Source: an uncultured Pelagibacteraceae bacterium (GTDB lineage Bacteria > Pseudomonadota > Alphaproteobacteria > Pelagibacterales > Pelagibacteraceae). From it: 64,000 nt of DNA. Shown piece after piece: positions 48,621 to 58,674 of this stretch. Positions within the stretch are counted from its first letter, which is position 1. Each line of letters opens with the position of its first letter. Location: assembly GCA_902556905.1 (NCBI GenBank), contig CACDYK010000004.1:20066-84065 (forward strand), written 5' to 3'. The notes beneath the pieces were generated by a model. The model worked only from the letters and a program-made list of their open reading frames with translations. It made no database searches and had not been told where the DNA came from. A program made the translations under genes and the position numbers.

Positions 48621-49671
48621 CCCCTCCTTCTATAACCGCTTTTAAAAGATCTGATTGTGAAATAACGCCAATAGTTTCACTATTACTGTTATGAACTAAA
48701 ATAGGTTTGTCTTTAGATGCAGAAGTTTCAATAAGTTTACTTAATAAATCATGTTCATCAACTCTTTCCAAATCATTAGATAATTTACCATTCATATTTT
48801 CAAAACTTTCTATTGGTTGCATAATTGATTTTGCTTGAACAACCTTTAATCTAGAAATTCCTTTTACAAAATCAGCTACATAATTATCAGCAGGGCTAAC
48901 TACGATTTCTTCTGGGGTTCCAACTTGAATTACTTTACCGTCTCTCATAATTGCAATACGGTGACCTACTCTTACCGCCTCATCTAAATCATGGGTTATA
49001 AAAACAGTTGTTTTTTTCATTTGTTTTGAAAGTTTGATAAATTCTGATTGCAACTGCCTTCTAATCAAAGGATCTAACGCACTAAAAGGTTCGTCCATTA
49101 ATAAAAATTCAGGATCAGCTGCTAAAGCTCTTGCAAGCCCTACTCTTTGCTGCATACCTCCGGACAATTCATGGGCAAATTTGTTACCCCAACCTTGTAA
49201 TTCAACAATTTCTAAAATCTTATTTGCAGCATCCAATCTATCATTTTTACTTATTCCTCTTATCTCAAGAGGCATTGCAATATTATCAACAACAGATCTA
49301 TGGGGCATTAAGGCAAAGTTCTGAAAAACCATACCAATTTTTTTATTTCTTAATTCTTGTAGGTTATTTCTATCAAGTGTCATTACATCTTGACCATTAA
49401 TTAAAATTTTTCCCGATGTTGGCTCTAACAGTCTATTAATATGCCTTACTAAAGTTGATTTACCGCTACCTGATAAGCCCATTACACAAAATATCTCACC
49501 TTTTTTAACATCAAAAGAAACATCGGATACACCAATTACTGAATTGTATTTTTCTAAAGCTTCAGTTTTTGAAATTTTTTGATTTTGAATTGCATCTAAA
49601 GCCTCTGATGAAGTATTACCAAACACTTTCCAAACATTCTCAATTTTAATAGCTGATCCAGATGAATCCAT
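48610..49671 (-). CDS. proV: glycine betaine/proline ABC ATPase
   Basis: MGLSGSGKST, LSGGMQQRVGLARAL, DEPFSALDPLIR, C-terminal CBS-like region. Confidence 0.92.
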   Translation of the reverse strand: MDSSGSAIKIENVWKVFGNTSSEALDAIQNQKISKTEALEKYNSVIGVSDVSFDVKKGEIFCVMGLSGSGKSTLVRHINRLLEPTSGKILINGQDVMTLDRNNLQELRNKKIGMVFQNFALMPHRSVVDNIAMPLEIRGISKNDRLDAANKILEIVELQGWGNKFAHELSGGMQQRVGLARALAADPEFLLMDEPFSALDPLIRRQLQSEFIKLSKQMKKTTVFITHDLDEAVRVGHRIAIMRDGKVIQVGTPEEIVVSPADNYVADFVKGISRLKVVQAKSIMQPIESFENMNGKLSNDLERVDEHDLLSKLIETSASKDKPILVHNSNSETIGVISQSDLLKAVIEGGDGE

Positions 49672-49696
49672 TTAACTCTCTTTTATTAAAGGAAGA

Positions 49697-49727
49697 TATA
49701 CTCGGCAATATAAAATTGCCGAGTATA
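49697..49727. terminator. hairpin between proX and proV
   Basis: Perfect 13-bp stem tatactcggcaat-ataaa-attgccgagtata. Confidence 0.65.
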
Positions 49728-49743
49728 GATAATTTATATTAGA

Positions 49744-50706
49744 TTAAAGACCTAACCAACCATCAACTGTTGATTTGTTAGCTTCCATCCAAGCTCTTGC
49801 AACATCAGCTGGTTGTTTTTTTTCAACTGAAATAGCATATGCCATAGATGAAACATCATCCGCTGTTAATTGAAAGTTCTTAAAGAATTCAACAATAGCT
49901 GGTGATTTACTTTCTAGAGAAGTACCCCAACCAATTTGAATTTGCTTAAGTGCATCTTTTGAAGCTACATAAGATTTTTTGTACCAGTCAGCATCTTCTT
50001 TAGGTTGTACCATTTTGTATTTAGCTGGATCAAATTTTGGCTCTTCCAACATAACTACATCAGCCATTCCCCAAATTGCATGCGGTTTGTAACAATAGAA
50101 TGCATATCCTTCACCTTTTTTAATAGAGTCAAGAACTCTTGCATTTTTAACTGCTTCAGCTGCTCTGATTGGTTCAATACCAGCATCATATAAACCATAG
50201 TCTCTTAATTTAACTTGGTTAACATTTGCTGAAGCCCAACCATCTGCACCAATCCAGAATTCACCTTTACCATTGCCATCACTATCCATAGCTTTAACAA
50301 CTTCTGGTCTTCCTAGATCTTCAATTGCAGTAATATTCATTTTTTTTGCAAACTGTTGCGAAACACAATAACCTTGGTTTCCTTCATATGGTTTGCTGCT
50401 TAATTTCAAAGTTCCTTTTGGAACTAAATCATTTGTATAAGCTTGTTGGTTTGGTAGCCAGATATCAGGGTGAACTTCAATTTCACCTTTGCTTCTGTCA
50501 ATTGCACCGTAGATTGCAGTATTGTTACCTGGAACAAGCTCTGCTTCTCCACCCATTTTATCAGTAACAACTGCTGCTAATAAATTTGCAATAGCTGTTG
50601 CACCTGTCCAACCTGGATCACCAATTTTTACTTTTTCAGCAAATGATGAAAAAATTGCAAAAAGTGAAATAAGTCCAGCTACAAGTGTAGTTTTTATTAT
50701 TCTCAT
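49744..50706 (-). CDS. proX: betaine-type ABC substrate-binding protein
   Basis: Signal peptide, W residues of the aromatic cage, HPDIWLPNQ, YKPH, A..W...N...V..W C-terminus. Confidence 0.8.
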   Translation of the reverse strand: MRIIKTTLVAGLISLFAIFSSFAEKVKIGDPGWTGATAIANLLAAVVTDKMGGEAELVPGNNTAIYGAIDRSKGEIEVHPDIWLPNQQAYTNDLVPKGTLKLSSKPYEGNQGYCVSQQFAKKMNITAIEDLGRPEVVKAMDSDGNGKGEFWIGADGWASANVNQVKLRDYGLYDAGIEPIRAAEAVKNARVLDSIKKGEGYAFYCYKPHAIWGMADVVMLEEPKFDPAKYKMVQPKEDADWYKKSYVASKDALKQIQIGWGTSLESKSPAIVEFFKNFQLTADDVSSMAYAISVEKKQPADVARAWMEANKSTVDGWLGL

Positions 50707-50730
50707 TATCTCTCTCCTGTTAATTTAAAA

Positions 50731-50798
50731 ATTAAGTCTAACGTGAAGGATTAAAGTGAGTCAAAGAATATGACGGCCCAATTTGGGTTTAATGATAT
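50731..50798 (-). promoter_or_regulatory. proX promoter module (copy 1) with upstream palindromic operator
   Basis: Minus strand TTGACT(50764-50759)-18 bp-TAGACT(50740-50735); CCCA-N3-TGGG at 50777-50787; 55/68 identical to 53834-53901 by hand count. Confidence 0.75.
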
Positions 50799-50870
50799 GC
50801 AAATAAATTATATTATTTTTTTTTAATTTTTCAGAAAAAGTATCTAATTATTGTGAATTATTATAAATAA

Positions 50871-51380
50871 TTAGACCTTTTTCACAAAACTAATAGCAGC
50901 ACCAATGGTCGTCAAAAATCCAGCTAATGGCAAGATTGCAACTGCGTATTTCTTTGGCATATAATTCTCTTTGAATTCAATACCTTGGAAACTAATTTCA
51001 AAGTACCACATTTCCCAATACTTCCCTCGCATACCTTCAACAAGTTCAACTCCATAAATTATCAGGACTATACCAATTGCCATAATCATAAGTTTCCAGA
51101 ATTGGCGTATATATAGTGAAATTCTATTTGGTAATTTTTCATAGATTAAATTTAAGGCTATGTGTTCATTATCTCTAGCTGTCAGAGAAAGTGCTAAAAA
51201 CATTAGCCAAATATTACTTAACACTGTTAGCAAATCACCCCAAACAGGAGGGTTGTTGAAAACATATCGCATGATAACGTTATAAAGAGTAAAACCGACC
51301 ATCGCAGCCAAAAATAGTGAACACATAGCTTCCAACATACGATGGATGAAACGATCAAAGTTGTTAAAAAATTTTAACAT
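50871..51380 (-). CDS. dctQ: TRAP transporter small permease
   Basis: VIMRYVFN.P..W..L, HI.L motif, four TM segments. Confidence 0.85.
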   Translation of the reverse strand: MLKFFNNFDRFIHRMLEAMCSLFLAAMVGFTLYNVIMRYVFNNPPVWGDLLTVLSNIWLMFLALSLTARDNEHIALNLIYEKLPNRISLYIRQFWKLMIMAIGIVLIIYGVELVEGMRGKYWEMWYFEISFQGIEFKENYMPKKYAVAILPLAGFLTTIGAAISFVKKV

Positions 51381-51384
51381 ATCA

Positions 51385-52668
51385 TTAATTACTCAATAGG
51401 TTTGGAAGAAACATGGTCAACTCTGGAACAACAAGGATAAAAAATAAAAGTAAAAACAGCCCAACTAAATAAGGAATTAGTGCGACAGCTACCTTTTCTA
51501 AACGCACTTGTGCTATTGTTGCAGCAGTAAAGTATGCGACACCAACAGGTGGTGTTACTGATCCTATTAAGAAGCCAACTATTACAACGATAGCTGCTTG
51601 AACTTCAGGAAAGCCAGCTTGAGCCATAACATTAACTAGGACAGGACCAACTATAATAATGTTTACCGCAGAGTCCATTACCGTTCCAAGAAGAAAAATA
51701 AATAATATCACAGCTAAAATAAAAATAATCGGGGATTCTGTAAGGCTTAAAAGCCATTTTTCAAGATCACCGATTGCACCTAGAGAGGTAAGTAACCAAC
51801 TGAAAGGTCCTGACGCAGCTATGATAATGAAAACCATTGCTGAGTTACGGAATGCTCGACGAAAAGCACCAGTGCAATCTTTCCATTTAATAGTTCGATA
51901 TACGAATACACCTGTAAATAATGCAACCATTGCTGTGATAGCACCAGCCTCAACAACCGATGCAACACCACCCATTACTGAACCTACTAAAACTAAAGGT
52001 ATTAAAAGAGCAAACGAGGATCTATATAATTCTTTACCGGCTCGACGCACCGAAAATGGTTCATCACTGCGCTCGAAGTTATATTTAATTGCAAAGTAAT
52101 GATTGATTATCATGATTACAACGCCAATCAATACACCTGGAATAATCCCAGCCGCAAATAATGCTGCAATCGAAATCTCAGTTGAGTTAGCAAGCACAAT
52201 CATCATGATACTAGGTGGAATTATCCCTCCTATGGTTGAGCTTACGCCTGTAACTGCAGCCGAAAACGCAGCAGGATAGCCAGCTTTTTTCATAGCTGGT
52301 AAAACTAATGCTCCAACTGTAGCTGTATCTGCTACCACGGAACCATTCATCCCAGCAAAAAACATACTCACGAGAACATTAACTTGAGCCAAACCCCCTC
52401 GTATACGTCCAATTAATGCTCTACTCAAAGCCACTAACCGGTCAGTAATCGTTGCACTTGTCATTAATTCACCTGTTAACATAAAGAAAGCAATTGCAGT
52501 TAATGGTACCGAGTCAATAGCGTTAAACATTTGACTTGGAATTAATACAAGCGGTACAGCGTCGGTAAATAGAATATAAACAAATGGTATCAATATTAAG
52601 ATGAAGCCAATGGGAGCACCTAATAAGATTAGAAAAAGTAGTACTACGAGTAGAATGATACTTTCCAT
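51385..52668 (-). CDS. dctM: TRAP transporter large permease
   Basis: FFMLTGELM, GGLAQVNV, GSVVAD, IIPPSI, TPPVG. Confidence 0.92.
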   Translation of the reverse strand: MESIILLVVLLFLILLGAPIGFILILIPFVYILFTDAVPLVLIPSQMFNAIDSVPLTAIAFFMLTGELMTSATITDRLVALSRALIGRIRGGLAQVNVLVSMFFAGMNGSVVADTATVGALVLPAMKKAGYPAAFSAAVTGVSSTIGGIIPPSIMMIVLANSTEISIAALFAAGIIPGVLIGVVIMIINHYFAIKYNFERSDEPFSVRRAGKELYRSSFALLIPLVLVGSVMGGVASVVEAGAITAMVALFTGVFVYRTIKWKDCTGAFRRAFRNSAMVFIIIAASGPFSWLLTSLGAIGDLEKWLLSLTESPIIFILAVILFIFLLGTVMDSAVNIIIVGPVLVNVMAQAGFPEVQAAIVVIVGFLIGSVTPPVGVAYFTAATIAQVRLEKVAVALIPYLVGLFLLLFFILVVPELTMFLPNLLSN

Positions 52669-52697
52669 AATTACTTATATGTTATGAATTGTTTAAG

Positions 52698-52740
52698 GTA
52701 AAGATCATCTAGTTCTTAAATTTAACTAAATGATCTTTAC
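52698..52740. terminator. hairpin between dctP and dctM
   Basis: gtaaagatcat ... atgatctttac inverted repeat with partial inner pairing. Confidence 0.55.
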
Positions 52741-52760
52741 ACAGTTTTTTGTTGAACGAT

Positions 52761-53810
52761 TTACAGAGCCCCAGCTTTCTCTAACTGAGCTACAAATCCA
52801 TCCATTCCTTGTTCTAGAAGTACTCTTTTAGCTACCTCTGGTTCAAAAGTACCTTTGGCATCTAACCAAGCACCAATTGCACCTTCTCTCCATTTAGACA
52901 TTTCCGCTTCAGATGGTACATACCACTCTTTCGCAGATGCTTTAATTGCATCTTCTCCATTCTTGATCCAAGCGTTGTCTAACTGATTTACTTTTTCTCC
53001 ATAAGCATCAGCTGCTTCATGTAACCATTTTCTCTGTTGATCAGACAATGCATTATACTGCTTAGCATCCATTGCTAGAATGTTTCCAGACCACATACCA
53101 CCAATCTCAGTGAAGTATTTTGCAACTTCATGAAGTTTTGCTACGTGCTGCCATGGACTAGCAACATACTGCCCTTCAACTACACCCGACTGTAGGCCTG
53201 AGTATAACTGGCTCCAGTCATAAGGTGTTGGAGTTGCACCCCAGTTTTTAACTAGCATGAACTCAACTGGACTTTTAGTAGTACGCCATTTCAGTCCCTT
53301 CATATCACTAGGAACATGAATTGGTTTTGTTGCATTCCCAAGCTGTCTGAATCCACCACTTGAATATACAGAAAGGCAAATATGACCTGCATTTTCAAGC
53401 GCAAGTTTACATTGTCTTTCAGCTAACCATTCATCTGATATTCTTTTCGCATCTTCAAGTGATTTGAAAATGAAAGGCAAATCAAAAATTGCTAATTCTG
53501 GGCCAAAATTACCATAGTTTGCAGTTGAACTAGTCCATAGAGCTATAAGCCCTTGGTTGGCTTGTTCACCACATTTCTGTTCAGCACATAAACTTTTTTG
53601 ATAATGTGGTTCAACTTTCATTTTACCACCAGAAGCTTTTGCTAATGCCGGTATCAATGCTTGATCTATAGCATCACCGATTGGCATACCCAATCTACCA
53701 GTAGTCCCAAGCTTAAGAGTTACCTCTGCATAGGCTGCTTGAGTAAAAAAAGCAATTGCAACCACCTTAAGTAGTGTCTTACAGATTGTTTTAATGTTTA
53801 ATATTTTCAT
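52761..53810 (-). CDS. dctP: TRAP transporter substrate-binding protein
   Basis: Signal peptide, FDLPFIF, GFRQ, DMKGLKWR, LYSGLQSGVVEG. Confidence 0.88.
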   Translation of the reverse strand: MKILNIKTICKTLLKVVAIAFFTQAAYAEVTLKLGTTGRLGMPIGDAIDQALIPALAKASGGKMKVEPHYQKSLCAEQKCGEQANQGLIALWTSSTANYGNFGPELAIFDLPFIFKSLEDAKRISDEWLAERQCKLALENAGHICLSVYSSGGFRQLGNATKPIHVPSDMKGLKWRTTKSPVEFMLVKNWGATPTPYDWSQLYSGLQSGVVEGQYVASPWQHVAKLHEVAKYFTEIGGMWSGNILAMDAKQYNALSDQQRKWLHEAADAYGEKVNQLDNAWIKNGEDAIKASAKEWYVPSEAEMSKWREGAIGAWLDAKGTFEPEVAKRVLLEQGMDGFVAQLEKAGAL

Positions 53811-53833
53811 TATATCTCCTATTAATTTGAAAG

Positions 53834-53901
53834 ATTAAGTCTAACTTAGATCTTTAAAGCGAGTCAAAGGAAATGAGTGCCCACTTTGGGTTTACTGATA
53901 T
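53834..53901 (-). promoter_or_regulatory. dctP promoter module (copy 2) with upstream palindromic operator
   Basis: Minus strand TTGACT(53867-53862)-18 bp-TAGACT(53843-53838); CCCA-N3-TGGG at 53880-53890. Confidence 0.75.
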
Positions 53902-53932
53902 ACTATTAAGTTGATTAGCTAGCCAAATCGTC

Positions 53933-55414
53933 TCAAGTGTGGCTAATCCAAATTGTTTTGGTTTGAAGAAATGAATTTAATGCTTCTGTACCTTGGTCTC
54001 TAGACAGTGACCCAGATTGTTTATAACCTCCAAAAGGAGTTTTAATATCTCCTTCAGAGAAAGTATTAACAGATACAGTTCCACAAGGTAAACTTTTAGC
54101 TAAATGAAATGCACGGTTTATGTCTTGAGTAAATACACTTGCATGAAGTCCATATTTGGAATTATTGGCTACTTTTAGAGCTTCTTCATCATTTTTAACT
54201 GTTAAAATGCCCAAAACTGGGCCAAAAATTTCTTCCTGAGCTATTTTCATGTTTTCTTTTAAACCGTCAAATAATGTTGGTTTTGCATAGAAACCTTTTT
54301 GCTTATCATTTGAAACTCCTCCAGATAAAAGTTTTGCACCCTGATCTATACCTTTTTGAATATAACCATCAACAGTTTGTAAATGTCCTTTTGAAATCAT
54401 AGATCCCATATTAGATTTTAGATCTAATGGATCGCCTACTTTTAATTTTTTAACTCTTTTTAAAACTTTATCTAAAAACTCATCCTTGACATTTTTATGA
54501 ACTATCTGTCTCATATTTGCAGAACAGTTTTGGCCACCATTCCAAAAAGCAGAATTTATTGCGTTATCAATTAAATCATCATTAATTTTAGCATCTTCTA
54601 AAACTATAAATGGACTTTTGCCACCCATCTCTAATGCAACAGGTTTTAAATTACTTTCACTTGAGTATTTTAAAAAATAACCCCCTACTTCCGTTGAACC
54701 TGTAAAAGAAACTGCATCAACATCTTTATGACGACCAAGTGCTTCACCAACATCACCGAAACCAGGAAGAACATTTAAAACGCCATCTGGAATTCCAGCT
54801 TCTTGAGCAATTTTTGCAACTCGAATTGCAGTTAATGGAGTATCTTCTGCTGGTTTAATTATTACCGAACAACCTGCCGCAAGAGCCGGTGCCATTTTCC
54901 AAACAGCCATCATTAGCGGAAAATTCCAGGGAACAATTCCTGCTACAACTCCAATAGGCTCTTTTACAATCAAGCTTGTAATTGATGGTTCTGTTGGACC
55001 AACTTTACCAAATACTTTATCAATCAATTCTCCATACCACTGGAAATGCATTGGAGCATCATTTGCAACTTCATTAACGCAATCTGAAATTAATTTTCCT
55101 GTATCAACACATTCTAAGACTGAATTTTCATCACCATGCTTTCGAAGTAACTCTGCAAATTTTAACAAAACTTCTTTTCTATGCTCTGGAGAACATCTTG
55201 ACCAAACGCCGCTATTAAAAGCTTTTCTTGAAACTTTTACTGCAAGATCAACATCTTTATGATTACACTTTGCTACTGCACAAAGTTTTTCTTCCGTCGC
55301 TGGATTTATTGTTTCAAACTTTTTACCATCAATAGCGTTAACATATTTACCGTTGATAAAGGCTCTACCTTCAAACTTAAGTTTTTTTGCTATTGCTTTG
55401 TAGTTGATAGACAT
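53933..55414 (-). CDS. NAD-dependent aldehyde dehydrogenase (PuuC-like)
   Basis: PWNFP, FTGSTEVG, LEMGGKSP, GQNCSA, EEIFGPV, PFGGYKQSG. Confidence 0.92.
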   Translation of the reverse strand: MSINYKAIAKKLKFEGRAFINGKYVNAIDGKKFETINPATEEKLCAVAKCNHKDVDLAVKVSRKAFNSGVWSRCSPEHRKEVLLKFAELLRKHGDENSVLECVDTGKLISDCVNEVANDAPMHFQWYGELIDKVFGKVGPTEPSITSLIVKEPIGVVAGIVPWNFPLMMAVWKMAPALAAGCSVIIKPAEDTPLTAIRVAKIAQEAGIPDGVLNVLPGFGDVGEALGRHKDVDAVSFTGSTEVGGYFLKYSSESNLKPVALEMGGKSPFIVLEDAKINDDLIDNAINSAFWNGGQNCSANMRQIVHKNVKDEFLDKVLKRVKKLKVGDPLDLKSNMGSMISKGHLQTVDGYIQKGIDQGAKLLSGGVSNDKQKGFYAKPTLFDGLKENMKIAQEEIFGPVLGILTVKNDEEALKVANNSKYGLHASVFTQDINRAFHLAKSLPCGTVSVNTFSEGDIKTPFGGYKQSGSLSRDQGTEALNSFLQTKTIWISHT

Positions 55415-55518
55415 ATTTTATAAGCTATTATTTATGAATTTAATAATCAAGTCTTTATTTTGGAAGTTGGCAGTGCACTCAAGGCAAGAAACTGAGGATT
55501 TTTTGACCATTAAATTGT

Positions 55519-56448
55519 TTAATAACCTTTCATAGGATTAATTTTATTTAACAATTTATTTTTCTTTTTGTATCTTTGAAAATTATTTAAGAAAAAGTTA
55601 ACTTTATCTATTATCTCATCTTTGTATCCACCACCAGTATGTTGTGTAAGTATTAAATTTGGACAAGACCATAGCGGGTTATTTTTTCTTAGGGGTTCTT
55701 CAGCTGTAACGTCTAAAACAGCCCCTTTTAGATCATTATTTTTTAATTTTTTGATTAAATATTTTTCATTAATTAAATTGCCCCTACCAACATTAATTAA
55801 AATAGTTTGTTTTGATAAACTGTTAATCATTTTTTTATTAAAAAGCATTTTAGTTTTGCTAGTTCCGGGCAACGCGCAGATAACTATTTCGGCTTTTTTT
55901 ACCTTTTTAATGGAAAAACTTTTTTTTGAATTTGAGTCAATAAATGAATATTTACAATTAAATACTTTTATATATTTTGCTATTTCCTGGTTTATTGACC
56001 CTTTTCCAAAAAATAAAATATTTTTATCATTTAATATTTCTAACTTAGTTCTAATTGGATCTCCAATCCATTTTTTCCTTTTTTTTAACAAAGTAAAACT
56101 ATCCAAACCTCTATAAAAAGAAAAAATTCCAGCCATTACTGTTTGAGCTACTTGATACGCAAAAAAACTTTTTAGATTTGTAATAATTACATCTTTATTT
56201 AAAAAATTTTTTTTAACATTAGAATATTCAGCAAAGCCAGTTGATTCCAATTGAATCCACCTTATTTTGCTACTTTGTTTTATCCAATCAGGCGGAATAT
56301 TTCCAAATACAATCTCACATTTTAGGAAATTGTTATCAGCAATTTTTTTAAATTTAAGTTTTGAAAAATATAAATTATGTTTTTTTAAATTATTTTTAAT
56401 AATTTTTTTTTCTGAATTATCTAACTCACATGCAATATAAATGTTCAT
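55519..56448 (-). CDS. D-2-hydroxyacid dehydrogenase family protein
   Basis: WIQLESTG, ALPGT..T, INVGRG, LDV..EEPL, TQHTGG. Confidence 0.85.
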   Translation of the reverse strand: MNIYIACELDNSEKKIIKNNLKKHNLYFSKLKFKKIADNNFLKCEIVFGNIPPDWIKQSSKIRWIQLESTGFAEYSNVKKNFLNKDVIITNLKSFFAYQVAQTVMAGIFSFYRGLDSFTLLKKRKKWIGDPIRTKLEILNDKNILFFGKGSINQEIAKYIKVFNCKYSFIDSNSKKSFSIKKVKKAEIVICALPGTSKTKMLFNKKMINSLSKQTILINVGRGNLINEKYLIKKLKNNDLKGAVLDVTAEEPLRKNNPLWSCPNLILTQHTGGGYKDEIIDKVNFFLNNFQRYKKKNKLLNKINPMKGY

Positions 56449-56511
56449 AAATTTTTATGTTGATGATTATTGTTGTTAAGTCTAGTTTGTTTTAAGATCA
56501 TTTTTTTAGGA

Positions 56512-57702
56512 TTATTCCTTCCAAAAAGAGTCCTTTGGTTGTCCTCTATCAACAACGACGCATGAATAAACCGACTCTTTATCAAATGAAAAATCTTTTT
56601 CGATTTTATTATTCATAGTAATACCTATCCCTGGATTTTCAGGCCTTAAAAGATTGCCATCTTTAATAACTCTTTGATCACCAAACATTATTGGTTCTAG
56701 CTTGTATGGTATCATTGGAAATTCAACTAAATTTCCATTGCACCCAAATGCAACTTGATAATTTGCCATAATAGCTACTGGTCCTCCCCAAGCATGTACA
56801 ACAGGTTTTGTTTTTGCATTCTCAAACACTTCTTTCACAGCATGCATTCCTCCAATAACTGATGCATCTGGTTGAACAAAATTATAAATATCCAAATTTA
56901 TCCTCTCTATCATTTCTAAAGGTGTGGTTATAACTTCACCACCACAAATATCTATATTGAGAGTTTCTTTTAATTTTTTAAATCCTTTTATATCCGTTGG
57001 TCCAACAGCTTCTTCTAAAAATAAGATTTTTTCTTTTGAAATATTTTTAACGTTTTTTATATAATTTATTACTTCCCCTGCATCTATTGGTGGATCTGCA
57101 AGATTTTGACACATATCAATGCCTACATCTATTTTATATTTTCTAGCTTCTTTAAGCACCCAGGCAGTCTTATTTATATCACTTGGAACTGCTCTAATTT
57201 TATATTTTTTTATTCCCAGTTTTTGTAATTGTTCTAGCTCTTCAATAAAGTGTTCTTTAGTGTCACAAATTCCTCCACTTCCATAGACTTCTATTTTATC
57301 TTTAGTACTATTTCCAAATAATTTATATGCAGGACATTTTTGAGTTTTAGATTTTGCATCAACTAAAGCTATTTCAATTGCGCTTGTAGTATGTCTAGCA
57401 GCCCCTTGTAGTGACCAATAATCACAAACACTACATAAATCTTTATATCTTCTTAGAATATCAAACCCATCTTTTCCAATAAGGTAAGGTGCACAAAGTT
57501 CAACAATGGATTTAAAAACTTGTGGTGCAAAAACTCCTAAGTAACCTTCGCCATAACCTTTCACTCCATTTTCTAAGGTCACTTCAACTAACCCAATTGT
57601 TCTTTTTGGACCATTAGGAAAGCACTCTAAAATCTCTGGGTGTTTTTCATCACCATATTCTGCACTTAGTAGAATTGATCTAATATTTTCAATTTTACTC
57701 AT
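56512..57702 (-). CDS. enolase superfamily, mandelate-racemase subgroup (probable acid-sugar dehydratase)
   Basis: GYGE, YKIR, metal ligands in IDM / LEE / GGE, QPD plus VVHAW His-Asp dyad, PGIG. Confidence 0.85.
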   Translation of the reverse strand: MSKIENIRSILLSAEYGDEKHPEILECFPNGPKRTIGLVEVTLENGVKGYGEGYLGVFAPQVFKSIVELCAPYLIGKDGFDILRRYKDLCSVCDYWSLQGAARHTTSAIEIALVDAKSKTQKCPAYKLFGNSTKDKIEVYGSGGICDTKEHFIEELEQLQKLGIKKYKIRAVPSDINKTAWVLKEARKYKIDVGIDMCQNLADPPIDAGEVINYIKNVKNISKEKILFLEEAVGPTDIKGFKKLKETLNIDICGGEVITTPLEMIERINLDIYNFVQPDASVIGGMHAVKEVFENAKTKPVVHAWGGPVAIMANYQVAFGCNGNLVEFPMIPYKLEPIMFGDQRVIKDGNLLRPENPGIGITMNNKIEKDFSFDKESVYSCVVVDRGQPKDSFWKE

Positions 57703-58664
57703 TAAAACTTTAAATGAGGAACTTTAATTTTTTTCATATAATCAAGAGTTTTTTGCCTATATTGTTCTCGCATATCTCTTGTTGGTGGCCTGCATCTACT
57801 TGATGGAAGTCCGACTAATTCCATACACAGTTTATCTAAATATCCGTCCCCAGAAGTATAGTTAGTTTCAATTTCTACCCAAAGTTTATAGAAAGGCATA
57901 GCTTCTTCAACCATCATCCTAGCAATCTCTTCAAAGTTTTTCTTTTTAACTTCATTAATTAATTTTGCTCCCCATTCTGGCCAAAAGTTACACATATGAA
58001 CTTCAAAGGCTTTTGCATTTAATGATTTCATTGCTGAGTAAGGAAAAAATAAATTATTATCAATTATTGTGAATCTGCTAGAATAAGTTGAAGTCACATC
58101 TTCAAATTCCATTGCATCAGTTCGTGGTGTTGCCCATTTTAATCCAACAATATTTGGAAGATCTTTTATTTTGTCAATAAGTTGGTTGGAAACACTAGTT
58201 GAAGTCCAAAAGGTGTTATATAAGATTATACCTGGTCCACCTTCCGCTGCACTTGATGCAGCTCTTACATATTCAATAAAATCATCTTCCGTATGTTTGA
58301 AGTAAAAAGGACAGGAGACTTGAATGAAATCATAACCAAAATCTTTAGCAACATTTGCAAGTTTTTCTAATTCTTGAGTGTTGGTTGTTTGACCTCCTAA
58401 AGCAATTGGAGTTCTTCCATTGACTATTTTTGCACTTTCTTTAGCTAAAGATAACCTCTCATCAAAACTCATTGCTGAAAAATCACCAGCAGCTCCACCA
58501 AAAAGTAATGTACAATTTTCATTATTTAAACCATTACCCAATAAAAACTCTACATAATCTTTAAGTGCGTCAAAGTTAAGAGGTAAGTTTTTTACATCCT
58601 TAAAAGGAGTTGGAACAGTTACATAACAACCTTCTAGTTTTTTTTTTAAATTTTCATAATCCAT
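57702..58664 (-). CDS. DHDPS/NAL-family Schiff-base lyase
   Basis: TPF, GAAGDF..S..ER, PFY, ILYN, NIVGLK, RPP. Confidence 0.85.
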   Translation of the reverse strand: MDYENLKKKLEGCYVTVPTPFKDVKNLPLNFDALKDYVEFLLGNGLNNENCTLLFGGAAGDFSAMSFDERLSLAKESAKIVNGRTPIALGGQTTNTQELEKLANVAKDFGYDFIQVSCPFYFKHTEDDFIEYVRAASSAAEGGPGIILYNTFWTSTSVSNQLIDKIKDLPNIVGLKWATPRTDAMEFEDVTSTYSSRFTIIDNNLFFPYSAMKSLNAKAFEVHMCNFWPEWGAKLINEVKKKNFEEIARMMVEEAMPFYKLWVEIETNYTSGDGYLDKLCMELVGLPSSRCRPPTRDMREQYRQKTLDYMKKIKVPHLKF

Positions 58665-58674
58665 AATGTTTCCC

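Noticed and set aside
56512-58664. Hydroxyproline-betaine pathway (HpbD epimerase plus pyrroline-hydroxy-carboxylate deaminase) or dapA
   Set aside because: The enolase has the His-Asp dyad of the MR subgroup rather than the second Lys of MLE-subgroup epimerases; no Rieske demethylase or D-Hyp oxidase is present; the DHDPS-like protein lacks GTTGE
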